64,000 bases of DNA from Desulfosudaceae bacterium (GTDB taxonomy: Bacteria > Desulfobacterota > Desulfobacteria > Desulfobacterales > Desulfosudaceae). The notes below the pieces were generated by a model. It did no database searches, had not been told where the DNA came from, and was given only the letters and a program-made list of their open reading frames with translations. The stretch is taken from contig CAXXDV010000001.1 of assembly GCA_963674745.2 (NCBI GenBank), forward strand, positions 32,001-96,000, read 5' to 3'. Position 1 is the stretch's first letter, and the number at the start of each line of letters is the position of its first letter. The translations under genes were made by a program, and so were the position numbers. Of this stretch, positions 37,212 through 47,424 are shown piece after piece.

Positions 37212-37465
37212 ACCTGGTTGTACTAGGCGGGGAGATAGCGGTGCCCTTTACCTGAAATCCGCTTTATGCAGGGCTGAATCCCTTTGAAGGCTAACGTACC
37301 GAAATATCGTCTGTTCTGACCGGCCGCCGTGCAACTGACGGCCGGGAACCTCGTCAGGTCCGGAAGGAAGCAGCGATAACCGGAATGGTCAGTGTCATGG
37401 ATCGATCCCGGTCATGTTACGGGCTTTTGTTTCGGTGCATGTCGACAGAGGGTGTGCAACCAGGT
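37212..37465 (+). ncRNA. ffs: Signal recognition particle RNA, large (Alu-containing) type
   Basis: Helix 8 GTCAGGTCCGGAAGGAAGCAGC. Bacillus-scRNA-like Alu 5' domain GCGGGGAGATAGCGGTGCCCT..AATCCGC..GCAGGGC. Terminal stem ACCTGGTTGTAC/GTGCAACCAGGT. Confidence 0.95.
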
Positions 37466-37599
37466 TTTTCTTTCCTCCTTTCTTGACATTATCATATTTA
37501 ACCTTATTTTTCTGATAAACCAAACATAGTGAAACTGTTTGAAAAAATTCGTTTTGTGGCCTTAATACCAAAACAGAACAATTGGAAAAGTGATTACAG

Positions 37600-38274
37600 G
37601 TGGTTGATGTGGAGAAAGAAAAAGCCGGGTTAGACAATACAGACGAAAAAAATATGGATCAGGAAATGAGTTCCACGGGGCCGGTGGAAGGCCGAAAAGC
37701 GAACAAAAAAGACAATCGCATAAAAGTTAAAGTAAAAACCGACGGCCAGCCGGAAAAAGACGTGCCGGATGATGCTGAAACAATAGAACAATTAAAAGAA
37801 GACCTGGCAGCCGTGGAAAAGGAGAAAAATGAGGCCAACGACCGGCTTTTAAGGACGGCAGCTGAGTTTGATAACTATAAAAAACGACAGGATAAACAGT
37901 GGAGTGATTTTAAAAAATACGCCAATGAATCATTGGCCAAAGACCTGTTGACCGTAGTGGACAACCTGGAGCGGGCGATTACCGCTGCTCAGGAAACGGA
38001 TGAAAAAAACAACGGTCTGGTCGAAGGCGTAAAAATGACGTTGGACGAGATCCTGAAGATACTGCAACGATACAGTGTAACCCCGATAGAATCCATCGGG
38101 AAAAAATTTGACCCCAATTTTCATCAGGCGGTTTCCACTCAGCCGGTTGAAGACGCGGAAAGCAACATCGTTCTTGAAGCGTATCAGAAAGGTTACCTTA
38201 TTCATGACCGGCTGCTGAGGCCGGCCATGGTGGTTGTGTCTGCCGCTACCAAGTCGAACGAAGCGGCGGAATAA
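37600..38274 (+). CDS. grpE: Nucleotide exchange factor GrpE
   Basis: LRTAAEFDNYKKR, FDPNFHQAV and RLLRPAMVVV motifs. Start could be GTG at 37609. Confidence 0.96.
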   Translation: MVDVEKEKAGLDNTDEKNMDQEMSSTGPVEGRKANKKDNRIKVKVKTDGQPEKDVPDDAETIEQLKEDLAAVEKEKNEANDRLLRTAAEFDNYKKRQDKQWSDFKKYANESLAKDLLTVVDNLERAITAAQETDEKNNGLVEGVKMTLDEILKILQRYSVTPIESIGKKFDPNFHQAVSTQPVEDAESNIVLEAYQKGYLIHDRLLRPAMVVVSAATKSNEAAE

Positions 38275-38330
38275 ACATTTTAAGTAACTGCAATAAATAA
38301 AAAAATATACAGGCAGGGAAGGAGAGCACA

Positions 38331-40253
38331 ATGGCAAAAACAATCGGAATCGATCTTGGCACCACAAACTCATGCGTGGCGGTGATGGAAAGCGGGGACG
38401 CCAAGGTAATCACCAACCCCGAAGGCGGAAGAACGACACCCTCAATAGTCGCCATTAACGAAGACGGCGAACGGCTGGTCGGGCAGGTCGCAAAAAGACA
38501 GGCTATCACCAACCCGGAACATACTGTTTTTGCTGTCAAACGACTTATCGGACGCAAATATGATTCTCCCGAGGTGCTGTACGATGTCAAGATTCTGCCC
38601 TATAAAATAGAAAAAGCGGGCAACGGTGACGTGCGTATCAATATTCGCGATAAACAGCACAGTCCGGCCGAAATATCCTCTTTTATTCTGGCGGATATCA
38701 AGCATTCGGCTGAACAATATCTGGGCGAAACAGTGACCGATGCCGTTATCACCGTACCGGCTTATTTTAATGACAGCCAGCGACAGGCCACCAAGGACGC
38801 CGGCAAAATCGCCGGGCTCAATGTCCAGCGCATCATCAACGAACCCACGGCGGCAGCGCTGGCATATGGCCTGGACAAGAAAAAAGACGAAAAGATCGCT
38901 GTCTTTGACCTTGGCGGCGGTACCTTTGATATTTCGGTCCTCGAACTGGGTGACGGGGTTTTTGAAGTCAAGTCAACCAATGGAGACACCCATCTGGGTG
39001 GTGAAGACTTTGACCTGCGGGTGGTGGACTATCTGGCCGATGAATTCAAAAAAGACCAGGGCATTGATCTGCGCAATGACAAAATGGCACTGCAGCGGTT
39101 AAAGGAAGCCGCCGAAAAAGCCAAAATGGAATTGTCCACCGCGCACCAGACAGACATCAACCTGCCCTTTATCACGGCCGATTCCAGCGGGCCCAAACAT
39201 CTCAATATTAAACTGACCCGGGCCAAACTGGAAGAGCTGGTCGGTGCTCTGCTGGACAAAATAGACAAGCCCTGCCAGACCGCATTAAAAGATTCGGGGT
39301 TTTCGGCCGGACAGATTGACGAAATCATTCTGGTCGGCGGCATGTCCCGCATGCCCGCGGTCCAGGAACGGGTTAAAAAAATCTTCGGCAAAGAACCCAA
39401 CAAGAGCGTCAATCCGGACGAAGTGGTTGCCATGGGCGCGGCCATCCAGGCCGGTGTTCTCCAGGGAGACGTCAACGATGTCCTGCTGCTGGATGTCACG
39501 CCCCTTTCCCTGGGCATTGAGACCCTGGGTGGCGTGATGACCCGGTTGATTGACAAAAACACCACCATTCCCACGAAAAAAAGCCAGGTGTTTTCAACGG
39601 CTGCCGACAACCAGCCGGCGGTTTCCATCCATGTGCTTCAGGGCGAACGGGAAATGGCCGAAGGGAACAAAACCCTGGGACGATTTGAGCTGACCGATAT
39701 TCCGCCGGCCCCCAGAGGCGTGCCCCAGATTGAAGTGGCCTTTGACATTGACGCCAACGGAATCGTCAATGTGTCCGCTAAAGACCTGGGTACCGGCAAA
39801 GAACAATCAATCAGGATTACCGCTTCCAGCGGGCTGTCAAAAGAAGAAATTGACAAACTGGTTAAAGACGCCGAAGCGCATGCCGAGGACGATAAAAAGA
39901 AAAAAGAACTGGTGGAAGCCCAGAACAATGCCGATGCCATGGTCTATCAGACGGAAAAATCCTTGAAAGACCTGGGCCAGGATAAGCTTGACGCGGAAAC
40001 CAAAGCCAATATTGAAAGCAAAATCGAAGCGTTAAAGAAGATCAAGGATAGCAACGACCTGGAAGGGATCAAGCAGGCCACCGAAGAACTGGCCCAGGCG
40101 TCCCACAAGCTGGCCGAGGCCATGTACCAGCAGGCTTCTCAGGATGGGGCCCAGCAAGCGGCCGGTGATGCCGGCGGGGCTCAAGAGCAGGCCGGCGGGG
40201 CCAAAGATGACGATGACGTCATCGACGCGGATTACGAAGCAACCGACAAATAA
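38331..40253 (+). CDS. dnaK: Chaperone DnaK
   Basis: [17 protein letters not shown] and GVPQIEV motifs. Full length. Confidence 0.99.
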   Translation: MAKTIGIDLGTTNSCVAVMESGDAKVITNPEGGRTTPSIVAINEDGERLVGQVAKRQAITNPEHTVFAVKRLIGRKYDSPEVLYDVKILPYKIEKAGNGDVRINIRDKQHSPAEISSFILADIKHSAEQYLGETVTDAVITVPAYFNDSQRQATKDAGKIAGLNVQRIINEPTAAALAYGLDKKKDEKIAVFDLGGGTFDISVLELGDGVFEVKSTNGDTHLGGEDFDLRVVDYLADEFKKDQGIDLRNDKMALQRLKEAAEKAKMELSTAHQTDINLPFITADSSGPKHLNIKLTRAKLEELVGALLDKIDKPCQTALKDSGFSAGQIDEIILVGGMSRMPAVQERVKKIFGKEPNKSVNPDEVVAMGAAIQAGVLQGDVNDVLLLDVTPLSLGIETLGGVMTRLIDKNTTIPTKKSQVFSTAADNQPAVSIHVLQGEREMAEGNKTLGRFELTDIPPAPRGVPQIEVAFDIDANGIVNVSAKDLGTGKEQSIRITASSGLSKEEIDKLVKDAEAHAEDDKKKKELVEAQNNADAMVYQTEKSLKDLGQDKLDAETKANIESKIEALKKIKDSNDLEGIKQATEELAQASHKLAEAMYQQASQDGAQQAAGDAGGAQEQAGGAKDDDDVIDADYEATDK

Positions 40254-40270
40254 CCATAACCGTATAGTAT

Positions 40271-40311
40271 AAAAAGGCCGCCCGGGCGTTGTGCCCAGGC
40301 GGCCTTTTTTT
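40271..40311 (+). terminator. Rho-independent terminator after dnaK
   Basis: AAAAAGGCCGCC..GGCGGCCTTTTTTT. Confidence 0.9.
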
Positions 40312-40461
40312 ATCAATCATTAAGGACTTCAACCGGTTACGAACTGAGAGCAACAGCAGCGGTTCTGTTAATTTGACGGAAAATTGATTGACTTTGTCAG
40401 GCAAAAGTTAGAAAAATATAAATAAACACCGTTTACAAAGCGCAACTTCTGACCGGAGATA

Positions 40462-41001
40462 TTGTTTTTGGCTAATAAAATCAGAATATTGACCAATTTC
40501 CTAATCGCCGTCTTGCTGATCGGCAATACCCTCGCCTATGGTGAAGAAACAGCTCCGCCGGTTGATGTCGAAACCCCGCCCCGGGACGCCCTGAACACAG
40601 CTGCCCCGACCGCTCCTTCCGAAAAAATAAATGTCGTTTTCAGGGTTATGCCCAGACAGGAGCAACGTAAACTCTATTTTGATATCGAGACGAATCTGCC
40701 GGACGGCATGGTTTTCATGAGTGCCATCAGAGATGAAATGGGTATTGTCCACAAAATAAGCGGCACCATGGCACGGATCCAGACGGAAATAATCAACGGT
40801 CGGATTACACTGGGACCGTTCCCCCTGGTCGACAGGCCCTTCCCGCCCGGAGAATACAAACTGTATATCAACAGCTATCCCGACGAATACCAGCCCGAAA
40901 ACGTCATCAATATTATCGGGAAAAGGGGGGCGAATCTGACCGGTCCGCACGTCATCGGCGGCCTGATCCTGTTCGGAAAAACCTTCATGATTACCGGATA
41001 G
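40462..41001 (+). CDS. Hypothetical exported protein
   Basis: Signal-peptide-like N-terminus. ETNLPDG and IIGKRGANLTGP pattern. Confidence 0.7.
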   Translation: MFLANKIRILTNFLIAVLLIGNTLAYGEETAPPVDVETPPRDALNTAAPTAPSEKINVVFRVMPRQEQRKLYFDIETNLPDGMVFMSAIRDEMGIVHKISGTMARIQTEIINGRITLGPFPLVDRPFPPGEYKLYINSYPDEYQPENVINIIGKRGANLTGPHVIGGLILFGKTFMITG

Positions 41002-41013
41002 CAATAACCGGCC

Positions 41014-42597
41014 TTACACCTTGAAGCTTTCTTCAATTCCGGCATATTTTTTTCGCAGCTTAGGCTTTTCAATTTTCCCGGTGGGATTGCGCGGTATTTT
41101 ATCAAAAAAGAACTTGCGCGGCCGTTTGAAGCGCGGAAGCTGGGAACAGAATTCCACCAGCTCATCAACGGTGATTTCCTGTCCTTCTTTGGGTTGAATA
41201 ACAGCCGTGGCAATTTCTCCCAGTCTCAGGCTGGGGGTGCCGATAACGGCGGCATCATGAATCTTGGGGTGAGTAAACAGAAAACTCTCCACATCCACCG
41301 GATAAACATTTTCACCCCCGGTGATAATAACGTCTTTTTTCCGGTCCACCAGCCATATAAAGCCGTCTTCGTCTTCACGCGCCATATCTCCGGTCAGTAG
41401 CCAACCGTCTTTTAACACCTCATCGCTTGCAGCCGGGTTTTTGTAGTATTCTTTCATCACACCCGGCCCCCGCACCATAAGTTCACCGATTTCGCCCCTG
41501 GGGAGCGGCTTCAATGATTCATCAACAATGCAGGTTTCCCAGTCAAAACCCGGCTTTCCGATGGCACCGACCTTGTGCATATTCTCAATACCCAGGTGCA
41601 CGCAACCGGGGCCGGTGGTTTCCGTCAGCCCGTAATTGGTGTCGTAATCATGATGGGGGAATATTTTTTTCCACTCGCGGACGAGGCTGGCCGGTACCGG
41701 CTGGGCACCGATATGCATCAGCCGCCACTGATCGAGGTTGAACTTTTCAAGACGGATATCCTTGTTCTCAATGGCGAACAGGATGTCAAGGGCCCACGGC
41801 ACCAGCAGCCAGACCACGGTCACTTTTTCTTCTGAAATGGCTTCGATGATCCAGGCCGGTTCGATACCCTTCATAATAACGGCTTTTGCCCCGACAATAA
41901 AATTGCCGAACCAGTGCATCTTGGCCCCGGTATGATACAGGGGGGGAATGCAGAGAAAATTGTCCTCGTGGGTCTGTTTATGGTGATGATTCTCAACGTA
42001 ACAGGCGAATTCGAGGTTTTTATGGGTCAACAGCGTGGCTTTGGGGTCTCCGGTGGTTCCTGAAGTAAAATACAGCGCCGCATCTTCCTCGAGCGCCAGG
42101 TCAACGTTTGGCGCCAGGGGCTCAAATTCCGCCAGGATCTTTGAATAGGGCCGGCAATAGTCGGGCAACATGGCCTCATCGCCGGTGAAAATATAGGTTT
42201 TGACCGTCTTGTCCAGCCCCTCTTTGACCGTATTGACCCGCTCAACAAACTCTTCACCAAAAATCATGACACTGGCTTCAGCGGTCTTGACACATTTTAG
42301 AATTGTTTCAGCGGCAAACCGGAAATTAAGCGGCACGGCCATGGCGCCGGTGCGCAGAATACCGAAATAGATGGGCAGCCAGTCCAGACAATTGGTCATC
42401 AGCTGCACCACCCGGTCCCCCTTTTTGACGCCCGCGACGATCAGGGCCTGGGCGACCCGGTTGCTTTGTTCGTCAAACATTTCCCAGGTGATTTCGCTGC
42501 GCTTGTTTTCAGCAGGGCTGCGCTCAATAAGCGCCACCTCGGGCCCGTACATGCGGGCGTTCCTGGCCAGAATTTCCGTAATCAACATACCGTTCAC
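41014..42597 (-). CDS. Acyl-CoA synthetase (class I adenylate-forming enzyme)
   Basis: YFTSGTTGDPK, YGLTE, TGD and TGKIEK motifs. Confidence 0.95.
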   Translation of the reverse strand: MNGMLITEILARNARMYGPEVALIERSPAENKRSEITWEMFDEQSNRVAQALIVAGVKKGDRVVQLMTNCLDWLPIYFGILRTGAMAVPLNFRFAAETILKCVKTAEASVMIFGEEFVERVNTVKEGLDKTVKTYIFTGDEAMLPDYCRPYSKILAEFEPLAPNVDLALEEDAALYFTSGTTGDPKATLLTHKNLEFACYVENHHHKQTHEDNFLCIPPLYHTGAKMHWFGNFIVGAKAVIMKGIEPAWIIEAISEEKVTVVWLLVPWALDILFAIENKDIRLEKFNLDQWRLMHIGAQPVPASLVREWKKIFPHHDYDTNYGLTETTGPGCVHLGIENMHKVGAIGKPGFDWETCIVDESLKPLPRGEIGELMVRGPGVMKEYYKNPAASDEVLKDGWLLTGDMAREDEDGFIWLVDRKKDVIITGGENVYPVDVESFLFTHPKIHDAAVIGTPSLRLGEIATAVIQPKEGQEITVDELVEFCSQLPRFKRPRKFFFDKIPRNPTGKIEKPKLRKKYAGIEESFKV

Positions 42598-42676
42598 TCC
42601 CGTTCATTTAAAGAGCATATTCTTAATAATTCATAAAAACGATTTTCTCGTCCTGTTACCTTCCGTATGTTATGCC

Positions 42677-42844
42677 CGTATGTGGTTTATGAAGCAACAT
42701 TGATTGATTTCGGGGAAAAATTCAGCAAACGCCAAAGCGTTGAAACTTCAAACTGTTTGAGGCCGACAGGCCGAGTTTTTGAAGTTTCAGCGAAGGCTTT
42801 TGCTTAAATCCCGAAAGCAATCAGTTGCGAATAAACCGCATACG
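42677..42844. repeat. 168-bp foldback element (MITE-like or structured RNA)
   Basis: Nested inverted arms: CGTATGTGGTTTAT/ATAAACCGCATACG, TTTCGGG/CCCGAAA and CGTTGAAACTTCAAA/TTTGAAGTTTCAGCG. Confidence 0.7.
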
Positions 42845-42849
42845 AATGC

Positions 42850-43353
42850 TCATTCCTTCAGATGTTTGACCAGGTGTCCGGCTTCGGGAAAAATCAGGGA
42901 TCCGCAGATCAACTTACAGGCGTTTCGGCTACCGGGGATACAGAAGACGACACTTTTCCCGACAATACCCGCCGTGGCACGGGAGAGAATGGCGGCGGCA
43001 TCAATTTCTTCGAAACTGAGCTGGGCAACCACCGGACCGAAGGCGGTCAGTTCTTTTGCAAACAGGGGCCTTACCGCTTCAATGGTGACATCTTTTTCCG
43101 CCAGTCCGGTTCCACCCGTTAAAATGAGCAGTTGCGGCCGGTACATGTTAATCATCTCACACAGCGCACGCCGGATGGCACTGACATCATCAGTGACGAC
43201 CCGATGGGCCACAACCGTATGGCGCTCTTTTTCCGCCTGTTTTTTTATCCACTGACCGCTGGCGTCATTATCAATATTGCGCGTGGTTGAAACGGTCAGG
43301 ATACCGACCTTCAGCTGTGAAGGGGCCTGTTTTTTATGCTCTTTGCTGCTCAT
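42850..43353 (-). CDS. moaB: Molybdenum cofactor biosynthesis protein, MoaB/Mog family
   Basis: TVSTTR..DASG, TGGTG..DVTIEA, SRATAG and PGS motifs. Confidence 0.9.
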   Translation of the reverse strand: MSSKEHKKQAPSQLKVGILTVSTTRNIDNDASGQWIKKQAEKERHTVVAHRVVTDDVSAIRRALCEMINMYRPQLLILTGGTGLAEKDVTIEAVRPLFAKELTAFGPVVAQLSFEEIDAAAILSRATAGIVGKSVVFCIPGSRNACKLICGSLIFPEAGHLVKHLKE

Positions 43354-43365
43354 TGGCTTATATCA

Positions 43366-43908
43366 TCAACCCCGGAGGATGACCAGGTCCTGGTCATCGC
43401 ATTCACTCAGCATCACGTTAACTGTCTGGTCGCGGTTTGTCTCTACAATCTTGCCCACGTAATCGGAACTAATCGGCAACTCCCGCAGCCCCCGGTCAAC
43501 CAGCACCGCCAGTTCCACCCGGGACGGGCGTCCGAAATCCATCAAGGCATCCAGGGCCCCCCTGGTCGTTCGGCCGGTAAACAGCACGTCATCCACCAGG
43601 ACGACACGCCTGTCATCAACGGAAAAAGGGATATCCGTGGACTGTACCACGGGCTGATAACTGATCCGTGTCCAGTCATCCCGGTACAGGGTAATGTCTA
43701 TGGCGCCGGTCAACACCGGCATGCCGGCAATACCGGCAATCATGTCGGCCAGTCGCCTGGCCAGAAAAACACCACGGGTATGAATGCCGATCAGCGCCAG
43801 ATCTTTTATTGTGCCTGCGCCTCTTTCAACAATTTCCCCGGAGATCCGCTCCAGCTCGCGCCTGACTTCATCGGCATTTAATAAAACAGTTCCTTCATCT
43901 GATTGCAT
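43366..43908 (-). CDS. pyrR: Pyrimidine attenuation regulator / uracil PRTase PyrR
   Basis: DITLYRDD, VDDVLFTGRT and DRGLRELPI motifs. GGAGG RBS before ATG at 43908. Confidence 0.95.
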   Translation of the reverse strand: MQSDEGTVLLNADEVRRELERISGEIVERGAGTIKDLALIGIHTRGVFLARRLADMIAGIAGMPVLTGAIDITLYRDDWTRISYQPVVQSTDIPFSVDDRRVVLVDDVLFTGRTTRGALDALMDFGRPSRVELAVLVDRGLRELPISSDYVGKIVETNRDQTVNVMLSECDDQDLVILRG

Positions 43909-43921
43909 GGGTCGCCTCCAA

Positions 43922-45835
43922 TTACGCAAAAAAATCCAGATCCTGGCGTTTGTCACGAATATGTGCCAGGAGATTGTCCAGAAATGAATCCGTTGGAACT
44001 GCCTGATGGACTTTGCCTTCCAGCGTTCTCACAGACAGCGTACCGGCTTCCTTTTCCCTGTCACCCAGGGTAATAATCAGCGGGATCTTGTCCAACTGGG
44101 CTTCCCGCACCTTTTTATTCAAGCTTTCCGAACGACTGTCGACTTCCGTCCGGATGCCCGCCTTTTCAAACTGCTCCCGGACCTGATCGGCAAACGGAAC
44201 AAGCGTGTCATTAATCGGCAGCAGAATCGCCTGTACCGGCGCCAGCCATAATGGGAATTTGCCCGCGTAGTGTTCGACCAGAATACCGAAAAACCGCTCG
44301 ACGGATCCATACACAACCCGATGAATCATCACCGGTCGCTGTTTCTGATTTTTATGATCGATATAATTTAAATCAAAACGTTCGGGCAGCGACATATCCA
44401 GCTGAATGGTGCCGCACTGCCAGGTCCGTCCGATGGCGTCCTTGATATGCACATCAATTTTAGGCCCGTAAAAAGCGCCATCGCCTTCGTTAATCTGGTA
44501 GCCCTTGCCGTATTTTTCCAGCGCACCCTGTAACCCCTGTGTCGCTTTTTCCCATTGTTCATCCGTGCCGATGGATTTTTTGGGTCTGGTGGACAGCTCC
44601 AGATGGAAGCCCAGGCCGAAGGTGCTGTAAATCCGTTCAACCAGGTTAAGAACGCCCAGTATCTCCTGCTCGATCTGATCGGGCATCATGAAGATGTGGG
44701 CATCATCCTGGTGAAAGGCCCGGACCCGGAACAGTCCGGACAAAACACCACTCAACTCATGCCGGTGAACCAGCCCGATCTCAGCCACACGCATGGGAAG
44801 GTCACGGTAGGAATACGTTTTTTCATTGTACATCAGCATGCCGCCGGGACAGTTCATGGGCTTGATCGCATACTGATTATCGTCAATCTCTGAAATATAC
44901 ATATTCTCCCGGTAGTTCTCCCAGTGACCGCTCTTCTCCCATAACGCCCGGTCCAGCATGACGGGTGTTTTGATCTCCACATATCCGGCGGCCTTGTGCT
45001 CCACCCGCCAGTAATCAAGCAATGTGTTCCACATGGTCATGCCCCGGGGATGAAAAAAAGGCATGCCGGCCGCTTCCTGGTGAAAGCTGAAAAGGCCCAG
45101 CTGGGAACCGATTTTACGATGATCCCTTTTCTTTGCCTCCTCGATCAACTGCAGGTGGGCTTTGAGTTCTTTTTTTGAAAAAAAGGCGGTACCGTAAATT
45201 CGCTGCAACTGTTCCCGCTGTTGATCCGCCCGCCAGTAGGCACCGGAAACTTTCATCAGCTTGACGGCCCCGATAAGCCCGGTATGCGGCACATGGGGTC
45301 CCCGGCAGAGATCGGAAAAATCGCCGTTGGTGTATATGGAAATCGTCTCGCCCTCAAGGCCTTCGATAATTTCTGTTTTGTATTTCTGGCCGCTGTACAT
45401 GCGTAGTGCTTCTTCACGGCTGACCTCCCGGCGGACAAAAGGCAGTTTCTGCTTGATAATGGCCTTCATTTCCGCCTCGATTTTCGAAAATACCTCTTCG
45501 GACACCGGCTCCATATCAATGTCATAATAAAAACCGTCGGCCACCACCGGCCCGATGGTCAACTCCGCGTTTTCATAAAGATGCTGAACGGCCTCGGCCA
45601 TTACATGGGCCGCACTGTGACGCATTATTTCCAGGCCTTCCGCATCCCGGGTCGTGATTAACCTGACCGAGGCATCTGTTTTGACCTGGCTGTTCAAATC
45701 GCTAAGAACGCCGTCTACCTCCATGGCGACACTGTTTCGCAACAGTCCTTCGGAAATGGAGCGGGCAATATCCTCTCCGGTAACGGCCGCATCAAAATTC
45801 AAAACACGTTCATCCGGTAATTTAATGGTTATCAA
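43922..45835 (-). CDS. thrS: Threonine--tRNA ligase
   Basis: RHSAAH, DLCRGPH, KPMNCP and GAFYGPKID motifs. Confidence 0.98.
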   Translation of the reverse strand: MITIKLPDERVLNFDAAVTGEDIARSISEGLLRNSVAMEVDGVLSDLNSQVKTDASVRLITTRDAEGLEIMRHSAAHVMAEAVQHLYENAELTIGPVVADGFYYDIDMEPVSEEVFSKIEAEMKAIIKQKLPFVRREVSREEALRMYSGQKYKTEIIEGLEGETISIYTNGDFSDLCRGPHVPHTGLIGAVKLMKVSGAYWRADQQREQLQRIYGTAFFSKKELKAHLQLIEEAKKRDHRKIGSQLGLFSFHQEAAGMPFFHPRGMTMWNTLLDYWRVEHKAAGYVEIKTPVMLDRALWEKSGHWENYRENMYISEIDDNQYAIKPMNCPGGMLMYNEKTYSYRDLPMRVAEIGLVHRHELSGVLSGLFRVRAFHQDDAHIFMMPDQIEQEILGVLNLVERIYSTFGLGFHLELSTRPKKSIGTDEQWEKATQGLQGALEKYGKGYQINEGDGAFYGPKIDVHIKDAIGRTWQCGTIQLDMSLPERFDLNYIDHKNQKQRPVMIHRVVYGSVERFFGILVEHYAGKFPLWLAPVQAILLPINDTLVPFADQVREQFEKAGIRTEVDSRSESLNKKVREAQLDKIPLIITLGDREKEAGTLSVRTLEGKVHQAVPTDSFLDNLLAHIRDKRQDLDFFA

Positions 45836-46002
45836 CTGAATTTCTCCAGAAAAAAATTTGCAATTATTGAAATCATTGACATTTTATCGTGAAATGTATA
45901 ACATATTGAAAAGGTGATGATCCGGTCAAGAAAAAAATCATGGCTATTCTTTTTGCTGCAGCATACAGCCTTATATAATTAAGTGCCAGAGAAATTCAGG
46001 TT

Positions 46003-47424
46003 ATGGACAGCAAACGACTTGCATCTCTTGTTTCCCTGAGGGAAAAGGCGAAGGAAAAATTTTTCCGTTCGACCATCGCCACCAAAATGACCATCGCCTA
46101 TATCCCCCTGGCCACCATTATCATTTTGCTTTCCCTTTATACCCTGTCCAGCCTGAACGAACTGGGGGACCTGAGCAAGGATATTGTCAAAAAAAACATG
46201 GCCGCTATTGAAGCGGCTGACAGCCTGACCGATTGTCTTCTGGCCCAGGAATCTCACGGCCGCCGTTTTTTAATCATGAAAAGCACGGAGATGAAAGATT
46301 TTTTCTGGGAAAGAGACGCTGAACTCAAACGGGCCATGGACAAATTAAAAATGGTCTTCCCAGCTCAAGACACCTGGGCCATTGACCAACTGGCAGAATC
46401 TCACCAGCATTATGCCTCCGTTTACTCGGAAATTTTCGGCCTCAGCGATGAAAGCCTGAACCGGGCTGAGACACAAAGAGACGCTGAGATCAGACAATAT
46501 CTGGATGACCAGCTGGCCGGCATCAAACTGATCACCCACACCGCCAGAAAAAACCTGGCGACAAAAACCAGCATGGCCGGTACGTTCAGCGCCAAGGCCT
46601 TTCACATAACGGCCTTTCTCTCCGTTCTGGGCGTATGCATCGGTATCGGCGCAGCCTTGCTGATTACGCGCAGCGTATCCCGCTCCATCAATCAGCTTAA
46701 ACTGGCTACCGCCAAATTCTCCGAGCGGCAGTTTGACTTTGTGCCTGATGTACAGGAAAGGGATGAATTCGGCATGCTGGCCAGGTCATTTATCGCCATG
46801 GCCCAGAGACTGGCCAGGCTGGAAGTGATGGATCTGGATGCCAATCCATTGACGCGACTGCCCGGTGGAGCAGCCGTGGACAACATTCTCACCGAGCGGC
46901 TTTTAACAAAAAAACCGATCGCCTTCTGCCTTGTGGATCTTGACAACTTCAAAGCGTTCAATGATCGTTACGGATATGCCAGAGGGAACGACGTGATTCG
47001 AAAAACAGGTAAAATCATAGAAGGCGCTCTGGCAGAACACGGCACCGAAGAGTCTTTTCTGGGACATATTGGTGGCGACGACTTTGTTGTTATCCTGGCA
47101 CCGGACAGATATGTACCCGTCTGTGAAACCATTATCGAAGAATTTGACAGACAAGCCGGAGACTTTTATGATAAAGATGATCGTGAAAGAGGTTATATCA
47201 CCGCCAAAACCCGGCAGGGTGAAACCTGGGAATTTCCGATCATGACGGTATCAATTGCGGTTGTCACCAGCAATAACCGCCAGGATATCAGCAGCGTAAA
47301 AATCAGTGAATTGGCGGCTGAGATCAAGGAGCACGCCAAAACCATACCGGGCAGTCTCTACCTGGCTGACCGCAGAAGAGAGGACGACGGACAAGGGATG
47401 ATAATCAATGGCATTACCGCCTAA
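46003..47424 (+). CDS. Membrane sensor diguanylate cyclase (periplasmic helical domain, HAMP, GGDEF)
   Basis: Two TM segments and HAMP DEFG.LA..F. GGDEF domain with NPLTRLPG, DLDNFKAFNDRYG and HIGGDDF. Confidence 0.92.
   Translation: MDSKRLASLVSLREKAKEKFFRSTIATKMTIAYIPLATIIILLSLYTLSSLNELGDLSKDIVKKNMAAIEAADSLTDCLLAQESHGRRFLIMKSTEMKDFFWERDAELKRAMDKLKMVFPAQDTWAIDQLAESHQHYASVYSEIFGLSDESLNRAETQRDAEIRQYLDDQLAGIKLITHTARKNLATKTSMAGTFSAKAFHITAFLSVLGVCIGIGAALLITRSVSRSINQLKLATAKFSERQFDFVPDVQERDEFGMLARSFIAMAQRLARLEVMDLDANPLTRLPGGAAVDNILTERLLTKKPIAFCLVDLDNFKAFNDRYGYARGNDVIRKTGKIIEGALAEHGTEESFLGHIGGDDFVVILAPDRYVPVCETIIEEFDRQAGDFYDKDDRERGYITAKTRQGETWEFPIMTVSIAVVTSNNRQDISSVKISELAAEIKEHAKTIPGSLYLADRRREDDGQGMIINGITA

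Noticed and set aside
37395..37637. 80-aa minus-strand ORF
   Set aside because: It overlaps the SRP RNA and the grpE promoter, so it is spurious.
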